A stretch of DNA of 64,000 nucleotides from Candidatus Pacearchaeota archaeon (GCA_019659125.1 JAIFVX010000003.1:807-64806); one strand, 5' to 3'; counted from the stretch's first letter, positions 16,232 through 25,446 are shown. The notes: generated by a model not told the origin, from the sequence alone. Translations and numbers: made by a program.

Positions 16232-16591
16232 TTATAATTGGCTGAGAATACTAAATGCGGCAATCCAGCACGCACCATATAATATGGATACTATGGTTCC
16301 TAGTATCACAAACGCTTTTGCAAGCCGCAATTGACTTCTTTTCTTATAGACACCTGCAAGAACAAAATTAAGGATAATAAGAATTATAGGTCCTCCAAAG
16401 ATAAGAACGACTGCCATGATTGATAAAAATCCGTAAACAGATCGAAGAACGATAGACCCTGATGAATAAGCAAAACCTTGAATCAGAGTCGAAATAAACC
16501 ATAGTATCGCGACCCCAGCTACAACCGCGATATTGATGAGAAATGCTCTTCCTATACCTGGATCATCTTCTGATTGATATTTTCCATCCAT
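16232..16591 (-). CDS. Small membrane protein (paralog of 16591..16911)
   Basis: 3-4 TM. Shared C-terminal motif ...ILYGACWIAAFS. Confidence 0.5.
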   Translation of the reverse strand: MDGKYQSEDDPGIGRAFLINIAVVAGVAILWFISTLIQGFAYSSGSIVLRSVYGFLSIMAVVLIFGGPIILIILNFVLAGVYKKRSQLRLAKAFVILGTIVSILYGACWIAAFSILSQL

Positions 16592-16911
16592 TACCAGCTA
16601 CCCACAGTCGCCCAGCAGGCTCCGTAAATAATTAACACAATAGCGCCTATAATTGCAAGCATTTTAGCTGACCGAGTATTTCCTTTTTTACGCTCTCTGG
16701 CTGCCATGATAAAATTAGCAATTGCCGCAATGGGAAGAGGCGCTGCAACCATCAGAACAATGATAAGAATGCCCTGATCATTTCTTCCAAAGAACCCAAG
16801 CCAGGACGATATAAACATAAAGGCGTAAAGGATGAGAATGACTGCAAGGATAATAAGAACCGTAAATCCGAGAGCCTTACCAAAGGTACGTAACGATGTT
16901 TCTTCTTTCAT
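16591..16911 (-). CDS. Small membrane protein (paralog of 16232..16591)
   Basis: 3 TM. ...LIIYGACWATVGSW. Overlaps the radical SAM stop. Confidence 0.5.
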   Translation of the reverse strand: MKEETSLRTFGKALGFTVLIILAVILILYAFMFISSWLGFFGRNDQGILIIVLMVAAPLPIAAIANFIMAARERKKGNTRSAKMLAIIGAIVLIIYGACWATVGSW

Positions 16912-18368
16912 CTGAGTATAGGAAGAGCAACTCCTCTTTGTGGAGTTTCAGAAGGAACGATCTCTTCACGTAATTGACGTAACTTTTCTTCCATACCTTG
17001 TCTGTAGAATAAATTCATGGTTTCTATAGGGATGAGTTTCTCTCCTTTTGGGTCGACAATATGAACACATGACTTCTTGACTGCCCGGACACTGAAATCG
17101 TATGCATCCATAAATCGAATGCCTATGATCCTAAACAGATTCTCGTATTTAAAGCTTGGGGCAGATACTTGAGGAAGACAACACAAAAGCGTTTGAAGCG
17201 AGTCGCTGGCCGTCTCATGAGAGCTTCCTGTGCTAAATATCTTCATCATCAGACTTTTCCTCAATTGAGGATCATGTTCGAACACAATAGTGTTCCTCGC
17301 TCCTTCAATAAGTGTTTTTGGGTCAAGGTATCGTGTTAGGGGATGCACTTGTCCGTTGAAACGCAACGCATATCCCATGAAGATAGAGTCTGGATTACAA
17401 GGCACAGGAATGATATCATTAGGCTGGAAAATACTAGTTTGGTCAAGAATTGCCTGGCGGACTTCTGTCAACGTATATCTTTCAGTCACTGGATTGAAAT
17501 TGTCATTCCTTCCTGCGCGTTGCGTTGGTTGGAAGGTAACCCCTCGAACGGATCGCTGTTCCAATCCATATTTTATTATCTTTCCAATTTCATCAGTGTT
17601 CACTCCTCGCTGGAGTGTTGACACGAGAGTCGCTGGAAAATTCCTCTCATTGAGGTGTTCAATGGCCTTGTATCTAACATCGGTCAAATCTTCACCTCGT
17701 ATCTTTGTCAATGCTTCAGATTTGAAGGAATCAAACTGCAAATACATTTCAAGGCGAGGCATATACTGAGCGAGACGATCAGCAAAGCCAGGCTCTCGTG
17801 CGATTCTTACCCCATTGGTATTCACCATGAGGTTTTTTATCGGTCTTTTCTTTGCTTCATCGAGAATCTCAAAGAATTGGGGATGAACGGTAGGCTCTCC
17901 TCCTGAAATCTGGACAACATCGGGTTCTCCTTCGCTTCTTACGACAAGATCCATCATTTTTTTCACCTCATCCAATGATCTATGACTTCCAGACGAGGGC
18001 GATGAAAGGGTAAAGCATGTAGGGCATGAAAGATTGCATCTATCGGTAATCTCAATCAATGTCAGACATGAATGTTGTTCATGATCAGGACATAAACCGC
18101 AATCGTAAGGGCAGTTATATTTCATCTTTGTCTGGAAGAATCCGGGCATCTCGCTGTGCTTTAGAAACACTTCCCTTCCTTGACGGTAATAGTTTGCATC
18201 AGTTGACAAAAGGACTCTTTCATGCCCGTGTTCCCTGCAGTACTTGTCCATGAAAACTCGATTATCCTTAAGAATCACCTTTGCAGGGACTCTTCTCAAA
18301 CAGTCCGGATCTTTTGAGCACAGGCTTTCATCTTGGTCATAGTAGAGATAATTACGTGTTTTTTCCAT
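16908..18368 (-). CDS. Radical SAM enzyme, COG1964 / MJ0619 (tetraether lipid synthase Tes/GDGT-MAS)-like
   Basis: CNLSCPTC (CxxxCxxC), preceded by CPYDCGLCPDHEQHSC and an N-terminal Cys/His region (CREHGH). Family placement is from memory of the MJ0619-type layout. Confidence 0.6.
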   Translation of the reverse strand: MEKTRNYLYYDQDESLCSKDPDCLRRVPAKVILKDNRVFMDKYCREHGHERVLLSTDANYYRQGREVFLKHSEMPGFFQTKMKYNCPYDCGLCPDHEQHSCLTLIEITDRCNLSCPTCFTLSSPSSGSHRSLDEVKKMMDLVVRSEGEPDVVQISGGEPTVHPQFFEILDEAKKRPIKNLMVNTNGVRIAREPGFADRLAQYMPRLEMYLQFDSFKSEALTKIRGEDLTDVRYKAIEHLNERNFPATLVSTLQRGVNTDEIGKIIKYGLEQRSVRGVTFQPTQRAGRNDNFNPVTERYTLTEVRQAILDQTSIFQPNDIIPVPCNPDSIFMGYALRFNGQVHPLTRYLDPKTLIEGARNTIVFEHDPQLRKSLMMKIFSTGSSHETASDSLQTLLCCLPQVSAPSFKYENLFRIIGIRFMDAYDFSVRAVKKSCVHIVDPKGEKLIPIETMNLFYRQGMEEKLRQLREEIVPSETPQRGVALPILR

Positions 18369-18374
18369 TGCTAT

Positions 18375-19112
18375 TTACTCCGTGTTGTATAGAAACATGA
18401 TATAATATCCTGCCCCTATAAGGCTTGCAAGCTGAATTGCTGACAGGCCTAGAATAAGTGGATTAAGTGGCTTTATAAATTCTATTGCAATTCTGAATGT
18501 AAGGTATCCTATAACAAAGAGCTTGAACCTCACTCCAGGCTTTAATCTCCATTTTCTTTCAATCCCAAGAATAACAAGCCAGAGAATTCCAAGAAATACA
18601 ATTTCGTAAAGAGAAGTAGGATGACGTGGAAGACCATCTCCCTGGTCAAATGCCCAGGGGACTGAAGAGACAATGCCCACTGTTCTATCACTAACACCTG
18701 TGAGAAAACAACCAATCCTTCCAATAATCATTCCTAATATTAACGGATATGTGAACAAGTCTCCTGAAGGTCTTTTTTCTCCAATGATTTTCTTGGTTAT
18801 CTCTACTCCGATAATTGCTCCCAGAATGCCTCCAACGATCGTCTTTCCCTGGATGTAGTAGAGGAAAGAAGAAGGGTGGAAAAATGAAGCAGGATCTTCA
18901 AGGCTTGCGAGTAACCGTGAAAAAAGCAGTGCTCCAATAGCTCCTCCTAGAATGATGCTTTCCCGATTAGAAAAATGAAGCGGATCCCTCTGCTTCTTCT
19001 GAAGATGGAAATAAAAAACAAATGCGAAGAAAAATGCAAGAATTTCAAACACGGAATGAGAAGGAATAGCAACACTTCCTATATGGAAGTTAATAGGGAA
19101 CTTCATTTCCAT
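18375..19112 (-). CDS. lgt: Prolipoprotein diacylglyceryl transferase (Lgt)-like membrane protein
   Basis: GRIGCFLTG ... PWAFDQGDGLPRHPTSLYE resembles the Lgt signature (GR[IL]GNF ... HPxxLYE). Polytopic. Confidence 0.6.
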   Translation of the reverse strand: MEMKFPINFHIGSVAIPSHSVFEILAFFFAFVFYFHLQKKQRDPLHFSNRESIILGGAIGALLFSRLLASLEDPASFFHPSSFLYYIQGKTIVGGILGAIIGVEITKKIIGEKRPSGDLFTYPLILGMIIGRIGCFLTGVSDRTVGIVSSVPWAFDQGDGLPRHPTSLYEIVFLGILWLVILGIERKWRLKPGVRFKLFVIGYLTFRIAIEFIKPLNPLILGLSAIQLASLIGAGYYIMFLYNTE

Positions 19113-19137
19113 TATATGAAATGAGTGTTTAAATTAG

Positions 19138-19878
19138 TTACTTCTTTGCAGGTTTCTTTTCAGGAGCTTTAGCGGCTTCCTTCTTTTCAGCTGCTGGGGC
19201 TGCTGGAGTTGCTCCTGGGGCTGCTGGAGTTGCTCCTGGGGCTGCTGGAGTTGCTCCTGGCGTCGCTGCTGCGGCTGCTGCCTTAGCTGCTTCCTCAGCT
19301 GCTTTGGCTTCCTCAAGAGCTTTCTTAGCCTTCTCCTGTTCTGCTTTTCTGATTGCAAAGAACCGTGCAAGGTCTGCTTTCTTCTCGGCAGATGGCTCGG
19401 TCACAGCGTTCTTAATCTCGTGATCATATTTTCCTGAATCAATATCCTTCTCTATGTCTTTTGCTTCCTTATTATCAACAAGAACTCCAAGAGAGACACA
19501 CGTGCCTACAACGAGCTTGACTGCTGATTTCAAGTTCTTTGCAAGCAAGTTAGACATCTTTGTCTGTGCAATAGAGATTATTCTTTCAAGAGCGATATTA
19601 CCAACTTTTGTCGTTTTAGCCTCTCCTGAGCCTTTTTCTGCATTAATTTCCTTTTTGATAAGCTCTGCAACAGGTGGAGAAAATACTTTGATCTTATATG
19701 ACTTCGTCTTTGCGTCAACATCAATCTCGACAGGAGCCTTCATTCCTTTGAAACCATGAGTTGCTGTATTTACATCTGCAATAACCTTTCCTAGGTTGAT
19801 TCCCATAGGACCCAGCTGCTGAGCTACTGCTGGACCTGGCTTCATATCTCCTCCGTCAACGATTAATTTAACTTTCAT
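19138..19878 (-). CDS. rpl11: Ribosomal protein L11 with ~85-aa Ala/Pro/Lys/Glu-rich C-terminal extension
   Basis: MKVKLIVDGGDMKPGPAVAQQLGPMGINLGK... Start at ATG 19878, preceded by GGGAGGAAGAGG. The tail contains PGATPAA x3. Confidence 0.85.
   Translation of the reverse strand: MKVKLIVDGGDMKPGPAVAQQLGPMGINLGKVIADVNTATHGFKGMKAPVEIDVDAKTKSYKIKVFSPPVAELIKKEINAEKGSGEAKTTKVGNIALERIISIAQTKMSNLLAKNLKSAVKLVVGTCVSLGVLVDNKEAKDIEKDIDSGKYDHEIKNAVTEPSAEKKADLARFFAIRKAEQEKAKKALEEAKAAEEAAKAAAAAATPGATPAAPGATPAAPGATPAAPAAEKKEAAKAPEKKPAKK
19196..19258. repeat. Perfect 21-bp x 3 tandem repeat (ggggctgctggagttgctcct) inside the L11 tail
   Basis: Read directly from the sequence. Encodes PGATPAA x3 on the minus strand. 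Confidence 0.9.
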
Positions 19879-20329
19879 CCTCTTCCTCCCTATCTTCACG
19901 CCTTATAACCTTTACGTTATCCATCTTGACCGTTACAGGGATAGGGACAGATGCCCCAAGAAGTGAAACGACCACTTCCCCCTTTGCCTTGTCAACTCGA
20001 GTAACTTTAGCCTTTTCATTCTTGAATGGCTCTGCAATCATTTCCACGACGTCACCAATCTCAATCTTGAAGTCCTCAACCTTAGGCTCAAGCATATTCT
20101 TGATTTCCTCATACGTAAGGGTCTTGCCAATAATTCCTTTTACATACGGCAAATTGAATGCTGCCTCTTCTGCTGAATCTCGGTCAGCAGCCTCGAGAAT
20201 AATATATCCTTTCAACCCGTGAGGTCGAATGACAGAGTAAACATTGATGTTCTTTTTCTCAGCGCGGTCGCTAATCATCTCGACTGCCCTGTCTTCCTTG
20301 TTCGTTGTTACTTTGATAATAAATATCAT
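19868..20329 (-). CDS. spt5: Transcription elongation factor Spt5 (NusG)
   Basis: NGN domain followed by KOW (GDVVEMIAEPFKNEKAKVTRVDKAKGEVVVSL). Confidence 0.85.
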   Translation of the reverse strand: MIFIIKVTTNKEDRAVEMISDRAEKKNINVYSVIRPHGLKGYIILEAADRDSAEEAAFNLPYVKGIIGKTLTYEEIKNMLEPKVEDFKIEIGDVVEMIAEPFKNEKAKVTRVDKAKGEVVVSLLGASVPIPVTVKMDNVKVIRREDREEEDES

Positions 20330-20466
20330 GTAGGTTCCACTACTTCCAAAGTATTAGAAGTAGATATATTATTAGCAATATTGGGGTTTATAAAATTATC
20401 TTTTTTCAGTTGGAATGTTAAAGAGAAATTCCAAAGGTTAAAATAGAGAGATTTTTCTTAATAAAG

Positions 20467-21375
20467 ATGAGGTTTAGATTTCTAATAGTAATAATAATAC
20501 TAGTATTATTATTTCAACTCTCTTCCGTTGCCAGCAATGAGAATAATCTCCTCGAGCCACAATATCGCAACTACCATGAATTATTTAATAAAAATGGAAT
20601 TAAAAATACTCTTACTATTGTTGGAAGTCTTTACGAACAGGGCAATCTAACTAGTGATGAATGTCATTTTATCCTCCATGAACTAGGAGATTATGCATCG
20701 AAAAAAATTGGGATAAAAAAATCCCTCCAAGAAGCAACAGAGACATGCAGAGCAGGATTCATCCATGGACTTTTCTTGAATTCCAACTTGACCGAGGTGC
20801 ATGATACGTCCCTATGCACTGGGTTTTTTACTAAGAAGTTGCGTTTACAATGTTTACATGGGCTTGGACATGGGCTAACAGTCTTTTTTGATTACAATCT
20901 TTCAGAGGCACTAGGTGTATGCAAGAGTGGAAAGAACGATGGCTATCAGAGCGCATGTGCCTCCGGGGTCTTTATGGAAGAGTTTAGTCCTCGCGCCCAT
21001 CTGTCTAGAAATGCTACTAATGAAACTTTTGAAATATGCGAGAATAATGATTTCAAATCTGAATGCAATTGGTATATTGGAATACGCATAACTCAGTACA
21101 ATAAGTCATTAACTCAGGGGCTAAAAGAATGCAATAATGCTGGGCAAAATTATCACACAGATTGTGAAAGAGGTATTGGAGTGCTAGCAGCACGAAGGAC
21201 TAACTATGACAAAGAGAATGTATTTTCTATCTGTGGAATTTCTAAGGAATGCTTGTTTGGCGCTGCAAGCGAATTCAGTCTGTCTGAAGGAATTAAAAGG
21301 GGCTTGTTATTTTGCAGACAGTTTCCGATCGAGGACAAAAGAAGATGTTTATCGGAAGTGATGTTCTTATTCTGA
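20467..21375 (+). CDS. Secreted Cys-rich protein, unknown function
   Basis: Signal peptide MRFRFLIVIIILVLLFQLSSVASN. Recurring C...G..HG.. segments (CRAGFIHGLF, CLHGLGHGL, CASGVFME). TATA-like box at 20436-20445. Confidence 0.5.
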   Translation: MRFRFLIVIIILVLLFQLSSVASNENNLLEPQYRNYHELFNKNGIKNTLTIVGSLYEQGNLTSDECHFILHELGDYASKKIGIKKSLQEATETCRAGFIHGLFLNSNLTEVHDTSLCTGFFTKKLRLQCLHGLGHGLTVFFDYNLSEALGVCKSGKNDGYQSACASGVFMEEFSPRAHLSRNATNETFEICENNDFKSECNWYIGIRITQYNKSLTQGLKECNNAGQNYHTDCERGIGVLAARRTNYDKENVFSICGISKECLFGAASEFSLSEGIKRGLLFCRQFPIEDKRRCLSEVMFLF

Positions 21376-21409
21376 AAGCATTTATAAACTATATTTAATT
21401 GCAGATCTG

Positions 21410-21880
21410 ATGAAGGTAAGGTATTCATCCCCATTAGCTTTTCTTTCCTTGATTCCCTTTGCAAGTGCAGATATAGTTTCTCCTCGAGGACTTGATCTAC
21501 TGGCTAGACTATCTCCAGTCTATGTTATTCCCTCTTTTCTGATAATCAACTTTATAATAAATCTTGTAATTATTCAAATATTACTCTATGCCTTCAAAAA
21601 CTTCAAGAAGACGGGTGGAATCAAACAGATCTATCGCGTTATTTTTATAACAATTATTGGAATGATTATTGATTGGTTTGCTTTTGCCACGACAGGCTAT
21701 GTGTATGGGTACTATCAAGGAGCATTCATAGTTGGATCATTAGTACTGGTTGTCGCCGGAACGGCCTCTTACTTATTAATGTTCAAGAAGAGTTTAGAGA
21801 AAAAACAAGCAATTATTTCTTCAATAGTTTTCGGAATAATAAGCAATCCTATCTGGTTGTATTTATTATTACTGAGATAA
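21410..21880 (+). CDS. Membrane protein, unknown
   Basis: Hydrophobic ORF, 4-5 TM. Confidence 0.45.
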   Translation: MKVRYSSPLAFLSLIPFASADIVSPRGLDLLARLSPVYVIPSFLIINFIINLVIIQILLYAFKNFKKTGGIKQIYRVIFITIIGMIIDWFAFATTGYVYGYYQGAFIVGSLVLVVAGTASYLLMFKKSLEKKQAIISSIVFGIISNPIWLYLLLLR

Positions 21881-22330
21881 TCAAGTCTTTTCAAGCTTAG
21901 CTAAATATTCTTTAACCCTTTCTATCGTCTGGGGGATGAGGAAGCGCTCAATCTTATTTTCAAAGAGTTCGGAGATTGGCGCGAACTCTGAAATCCTGTA
22001 CTGATTCTCCTGTTTGTCGACAAGCATTGAATCCCGAAGTCTCTTTAATTGACGACGGATGTTGCTTTCAGCGAGTCCCTTGTTTTCAAGGGAATTATCT
22101 TTCCGTGTTTCTTCGACGAGGTCTTTTATACTGAATGAAGTGAGCCACTCCTTGTTTTTTCTCGCATCTTCCAAGACAAGAAGGATGTCGACGATAATAT
22201 CTCGGGAATCTCCTGGCTGAAGGAGCCCAAGAGACAGACATACTTTCCTGACAATCTCTCGTTTCGAGGAGTCGTAGGGCTTTTCATATTTTCTTAACGT
22301 TATTTCCCCGAGAGGGATATCTTTCACCAT
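21881..22330 (-). CDS. Winged-helix transcriptional regulator (family not resolved)
   Basis: SRDIIVDILLVL... and AESNIRRQLKRLRDSMLVDKQENQYRI are HTH/wing-like. Confidence 0.45.
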   Translation of the reverse strand: MVKDIPLGEITLRKYEKPYDSSKREIVRKVCLSLGLLQPGDSRDIIVDILLVLEDARKNKEWLTSFSIKDLVEETRKDNSLENKGLAESNIRRQLKRLRDSMLVDKQENQYRISEFAPISELFENKIERFLIPQTIERVKEYLAKLEKT

Positions 22331-22350
22331 CTTTTTTTCAGTATAATAAT

Positions 22351-22360
22351 CATTATAAAG
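22351..22360. promoter_or_regulatory. Single TATA-like element (cattataaag) equidistant from two divergent start codons
   Basis: Centre at ~22356, which is 26 nt from ATG 22330 (minus) and 22-25 nt from ATG 22378/22381 (plus). Confidence 0.4.
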
Positions 22361-22377
22361 CTACTGCTTTTTTGCTT

Positions 22378-22737
22378 ATGATGGAACTCGTTGCGTTTAT
22401 CGGAGAAGATAAAGAGCACTGGGGGCAGATATCTGCACTCGTGAAAAAAATGGATTCTGATAGAGTCATCCTTGTAAAAAATAGGAATGCTGGAGATTTC
22501 CCTGTTAGTGTTAATACGGAAATTGTTGAAATAGACTCTGAACGGCCGATGGGAGAGCTTAAGGAGTTCATTCTTGAGGCCATGAAGAAGAAACTGCATG
22601 GAGATTTTGAGGTCGCACTCTCTTTAGCGTCGGGAAATGGAAAGGAACACATGGCATTAATCTCTGCGCTCTTAAGTGTCCCTGTTGGAATACGTCTTGT
22701 AGTCTATACAAAAGAAGGCGTTGAGTTCATCAATTAG
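22378..22737 (+). CDS. Hypothetical protein
   Basis: The ORF track starts at TTG 22372. ATG 22378 fits the leaderless spacing. Confidence 0.4.
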   Translation: MMELVAFIGEDKEHWGQISALVKKMDSDRVILVKNRNAGDFPVSVNTEIVEIDSERPMGELKEFILEAMKKKLHGDFEVALSLASGNGKEHMALISALLSVPVGIRLVVYTKEGVEFIN

Positions 22738-24131
22738 ATAAATACGAAGACCCATTTCGCCATCAACACTACCACTAACGCAAGCATTATCCAGGTCGAG
22801 ATCTTGAATGCTACTCCCGCAACTTTCTTACTCCTTGTGATCCCAAGAATCGTGAGATAGAAGAATCTTCCCCCATCAAATATGCCTGCAGGAAGCATGT
22901 TCACCAACGCGACGCTAATGTTGATGATGAAAATCCACCATAACAAGTCATAGACAAATACCCCAAAGCTTCCCAGCGTGGACTTATAGTAAATCGTAGG
23001 ATCCTTAAGTCTTGTAATCCAGGCCGTTACTTTTCCTATCAGGCCTGATTGCTCATAGGGAATAAAACCTATACCTAGGAATGCTTTTCCCTCTCGGTCT
23101 TGCAAGGTAATGGTATAATCATGAATATTTTCCTGGGCATCTACGGTTGTTACTGCCACCGTATCCCCTGGATGATGGGATCTAATGGCGGACGTTAGAG
23201 AATCATAACTCGATACTTGCTTTTTATCAAAAGAAGTTATGGCTCCCTGCAGCTTTGCCCGGTACGCGGGAGAGTCCTCAAAGGCGACAAGAGAGGTCCT
23301 ATTGGTATCTATGGTTTGCTTTATGAGTGATCCTGGAACAAAATAGGTCTTATTGGAAGTATGTATGTCGATCGCTCCATCGGAAAGAGAGTGATAATTT
23401 GCAAGCGTTGTCCCATTGACAGAGATGATTGCATTCAATGGAATCTCGGCGCTGGCATATGTGTTGAAATAGACTCCTGCAGGAGTAAATGTCCCTAAGA
23501 AGAAGAGAGCCATAAGGATTCCAAATAGAATGGTCATAAGGACATTAGCAAATGTCCCTGCAGCAAGAATACTCAACTGAGGAAATATCTTTGCCTTCTC
23601 CATCTGCTTTTCATCAGGTTCAACGAAGGCAGCTAGGAAAGGGCCTAAAAATCCGAATCCTGTCGAATGTACCCTGATATTATTCAGGCGCGCGAAAATC
23701 CCATGGGCAAACTCATGAGGGATGGCAATGATTGCAATGATTATAATCCAATAGGTGAAATAGAAATGAGGCAAGAAATCGAGCTTGAAAAGCTCTGGAA
23801 GATAGGGGATCAAAGGTGTTAGCACTGGAACTTTTAACGCTTTTGCTGCATACGGAGAGGTAACATAGAAATATGAGAATCGCGCAAGAAGCCAGAGCAT
23901 CCCTATCATAAGAAGGTATCCTGAGATTACAATGAGATACTGCAAAGGTCTTAGTATCTTTCCATATTTTTTGGTAAACCTATCTATAAATTTGACTCCT
24001 ATTTGCGTAGGATAGAGATACAATATACCTTGGCGCTTGAGATTTCTCCTGTTTTTGTAGAGAAAGACACTTCCGCCTACTACAAATAAAACTAGGAATA
24101 CTATATCATATATGATGAACGTTGATAACAC
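22734..24131 (-). CDS. Site-2 protease (M50 family membrane metalloprotease)
   Basis: HEFAHGIF (HExxH) and NMLPAGIFDGG (NxxPxxxxDG). Polytopic, with a central soluble insert. GTG start. Confidence 0.8.
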   Translation of the reverse strand: MLSTFIIYDIVFLVLFVVGGSVFLYKNRRNLKRQGILYLYPTQIGVKFIDRFTKKYGKILRPLQYLIVISGYLLMIGMLWLLARFSYFYVTSPYAAKALKVPVLTPLIPYLPELFKLDFLPHFYFTYWIIIIAIIAIPHEFAHGIFARLNNIRVHSTGFGFLGPFLAAFVEPDEKQMEKAKIFPQLSILAAGTFANVLMTILFGILMALFFLGTFTPAGVYFNTYASAEIPLNAIISVNGTTLANYHSLSDGAIDIHTSNKTYFVPGSLIKQTIDTNRTSLVAFEDSPAYRAKLQGAITSFDKKQVSSYDSLTSAIRSHHPGDTVAVTTVDAQENIHDYTITLQDREGKAFLGIGFIPYEQSGLIGKVTAWITRLKDPTIYYKSTLGSFGVFVYDLLWWIFIINISVALVNMLPAGIFDGGRFFYLTILGITRSKKVAGVAFKISTWIMLALVVVLMAKWVFVFI

Positions 24132-24132
24132 C

Positions 24133-24297
24133 TTATTTCTTCCTTATGGGTCGGAATGAGTGGCCTCCGCAGCGAGGGCACTTAACCTTTCCTGAGATAA
24201 CTCTTACTGCTTGTGTCCGTATCTTCTTGCTGCAGTCTTTGCAGATGAAGACATTTGCAAAGAGCCTTTTTTGAGCGATTGGAATTTTTGTTGCCAT
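24133..24297 (-). CDS. rpl40e: Ribosomal protein L40e
   Basis: Not in ORF track (54 aa). My translation: MATKIPIAQKRLFANVFICKDCSKKIRTQAVRVISGKVKCPRCGGHSFRPIRKK, with CxxC...CxxC. The start overlaps the aIF5A stop (TAATG). Confidence 0.8.
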   Translation of the reverse strand: MATKIPIAQKRLFANVFICKDCSKKIRTQAVRVISGKVKCPRCGGHSFRPIRKK

Positions 24298-24686
24298 TAT
24301 AATACCCTCATGATTGCTTTTGTTCCTTCAATGTCCCAGAATTCAACCTGGACTTCGGGAGCAAGTTGATCCTTAAGATCGGGAAGATACGCTACATCGA
24401 GCGTCTCATAGCTTTCGAGGTCCATAACTGATGCCGTTGAGTCCCCAACGCTAAGAACCTGTGCCTTGTGCTTTTCAATCAATGGGACTTCAAATCGTTC
24501 GCTTCCGGGAACTGCGATGATCCTTTTCTTTCCTGTTAATATCTCAATTGCCTCAATTCGGCATTTACTTGCTCCATGCTTTCCTGTCTTGCTTGTGTCA
24601 TTCGATCGAACCGTGCATGCGTGGCCGTCGACAAGGATTGTTGTCCCGGGCTTTGCCTCGGTTGCATTAATGAGTTTTAAAACCAT
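24297..24686 (-). CDS. eif5a: Translation initiation factor 5A (aIF5A)
   Basis: Hypusine-loop context TSKTGKHGASK. OB-fold C-terminal half. Confidence 0.85.
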   Translation of the reverse strand: MVLKLINATEAKPGTTILVDGHACTVRSNDTSKTGKHGASKCRIEAIEILTGKKRIIAVPGSERFEVPLIEKHKAQVLSVGDSTASVMDLESYETLDVAYLPDLKDQLAPEVQVEFWDIEGTKAIMRVL

Positions 24687-24798
24687 ATCTCCTCATCACG
24701 GAGAACGTTTATAAATCTTTTGAGATACTTCCTCCAAGGCGTTCGAATATAAAAAACCTTGTAGAAGTATTTTTAAACACTCTTTTTATGATTGATTG

Positions 24799-25446
24799 AT
24801 GATAGCAAAGAAGGATTTTGTCGAATTGGAGTATGTAGGGATAACTCAGGGGCAGGTATTTGACTCAAATGTGCCTGAAGAGCTAAAGAAGCTTAACCCT
24901 GAGGCAGTAGCCAAGCCATTGATCATCGCTGTTGGCGAAGGGATGGTTGTCAAGGGATTTGACAGCGCATTAGAAGGCAAGGAAGTAGGAAAGAAGTATC
25001 ATGTCCATGTTGGATTCAAGGAGGCATTCGGAGAGAGGAGAAGAGAGTTAGTAAAAACAATCCCCTTGAAGGTATTTACTGAGAAGAATGTCAATCCATA
25101 TCCGGGCTTAGTGCTTGCGCTAGACGATACGATCGCAAAAATCATTGCTGTGTCTGGAGCGAGAGTCATCACTGATTTTAACAACCCTTTGGCTGGGAAA
25201 GACTTGGATTATACCTTTACCATCACGCGAAAAGTGACTGAAGACAAGGAAAAGGCACAGGCATTGTTTGAAATGATGTTTAAGTTTATCCCCGAATATG
25301 ACGTCAATGAGAAGGTTGTCGTTAAAGGCCCTAAATTCCTTGAGTTCTATATAAAGGCCTTCAATGACAAGTTCAAGGATCTTGTAGGAAAAGAGCTTGC
25401 TTTCGAGCTGAAAGAAACTAAAGAAGAGAAGCATAATCATCATTAA
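24799..25446 (+). CDS. FKBP-type peptidyl-prolyl isomerase (SlyD-like, His-rich tail)
   Basis: FVELEYVGITQGQVFDSN ... NPLAGKDLDYTFTI. Ends ...EEKHNHH. ATG 24799 fits TATA-like atttttaaac at 24769-24778. Confidence 0.75.
   Translation: MIAKKDFVELEYVGITQGQVFDSNVPEELKKLNPEAVAKPLIIAVGEGMVVKGFDSALEGKEVGKKYHVHVGFKEAFGERRRELVKTIPLKVFTEKNVNPYPGLVLALDDTIAKIIAVSGARVITDFNNPLAGKDLDYTFTITRKVTEDKEKAQALFEMMFKFIPEYDVNEKVVVKGPKFLEFYIKAFNDKFKDLVGKELAFELKETKEEKHNHH

Noticed and set aside
19134-19370. 78-aa Q/R/K/L-rich ORF (alternative frame of the L11 tail)
   Set aside because: It is generated by the same 21-bp tandem repeat in another frame. The L11 frame is continuous with a bona fide L11 core.
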